This document shows, piece after piece, positions 63,601 to 64,000 of a DNA stretch of 64,000 bases. Location of the stretch: NCBI GenBank assembly GCA_963575745.1, contig CAUYUJ010000314.1, positions 372,001-436,000 on the forward strand, given 5' to 3'. A program made the position numbers and the translations under genes. The notes beneath the pieces are model-generated. The model had not been told where the DNA came from. It worked only from the letters and a program-made list of their open reading frames with translations, and made no database searches. The stretch is from Prorocentrum cordatum. Lineage: Eukaryota. Every line of letters begins with the position of its first letter. The first letter of the stretch is position 1.

Positions 63601-64000
63601 CCAGGCGTTCTGAATACCCCGCTGTGTCCCGTCGCCTGCTTCCTGCGCCGCACTGCACTCTCTGTGCAGACGGCCTCGCCCGCTTTTTACCGCCCGATGC
63701 CGCCAGCTTTGCTCGCCAGCTCACGGACCCTCACCCGCGGCAGCCTGCACTTTTGGCAATGCGGGGCTCGACGGTGCTACACCGGAGACGAACCAGCAAG
63801 AAGCGCAGAGATGGACCCCATGCGCAGTGGTCCTGTACCGTGCTTGCACTGGCGTTGGGCTCCGTGGAGGCCGCTGGGGCCGAACCGCCGAACCCCAAGA
63901 GGAGGCGACCGCGCAGCCGGCCGTCACTCCAACCTGCGCCCAGACTGACCTCTCCCCCCTCCGCATCACTGCGCCACATTCCTCGTTAGTCCGGAGGGAA

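Noticed and set aside
62560..63989. Possible coding fragments near the window end (also 12650-12870, 22250-22560 and 29342-29755)
   Set aside because: Protein-like in places, but no recognisable domain, consistent frame or clear splice signals.

Overview
Eukaryotic, very GC-rich, repeat-saturated DNA, almost certainly from a core dinoflagellate. A near-perfect dinoflagellate spliced leader (SL; consensus DCCGTAGCCATTTTGGCTCAAG) lies at 2855-2876, with relics at 13766-13787 and 54118-54130, and candidate introns use GC donors and AG|G acceptors. The high GC suggests a Prorocentrum-like species (inference only). Most of the long six-frame ORFs are artefacts of (GGA/CCT)n, (GAT/CAT)n, (TATG)n and GC-rich repeats. 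Real signal: (1) an SL-headed, intronless, decayed retrocopy with a PAM2-like motif between (CCT)n tracts (2.9-5.2 kb); (2) a long exon encoding an E/K/R-rich helical repeat (15.8-18.5 kb); (3) a multi-exon gene with three HMG-box-like repeats, one split by an intron the other two lack (38.0-40.7 kb); (4) a decayed SL-headed LINE joined near the RT catalytic motif to a Ty1/copia RT-RNase H fragment (54.1-59.4 kb); (5) MITEs with 8-bp target-site duplications, two 90-bp satellites, and several unrelated repeat families with a 10-11 bp period. No rRNA, tRNA or CRISPR array was recognised. Exon boundaries and domain calls were made by eye, without searches.
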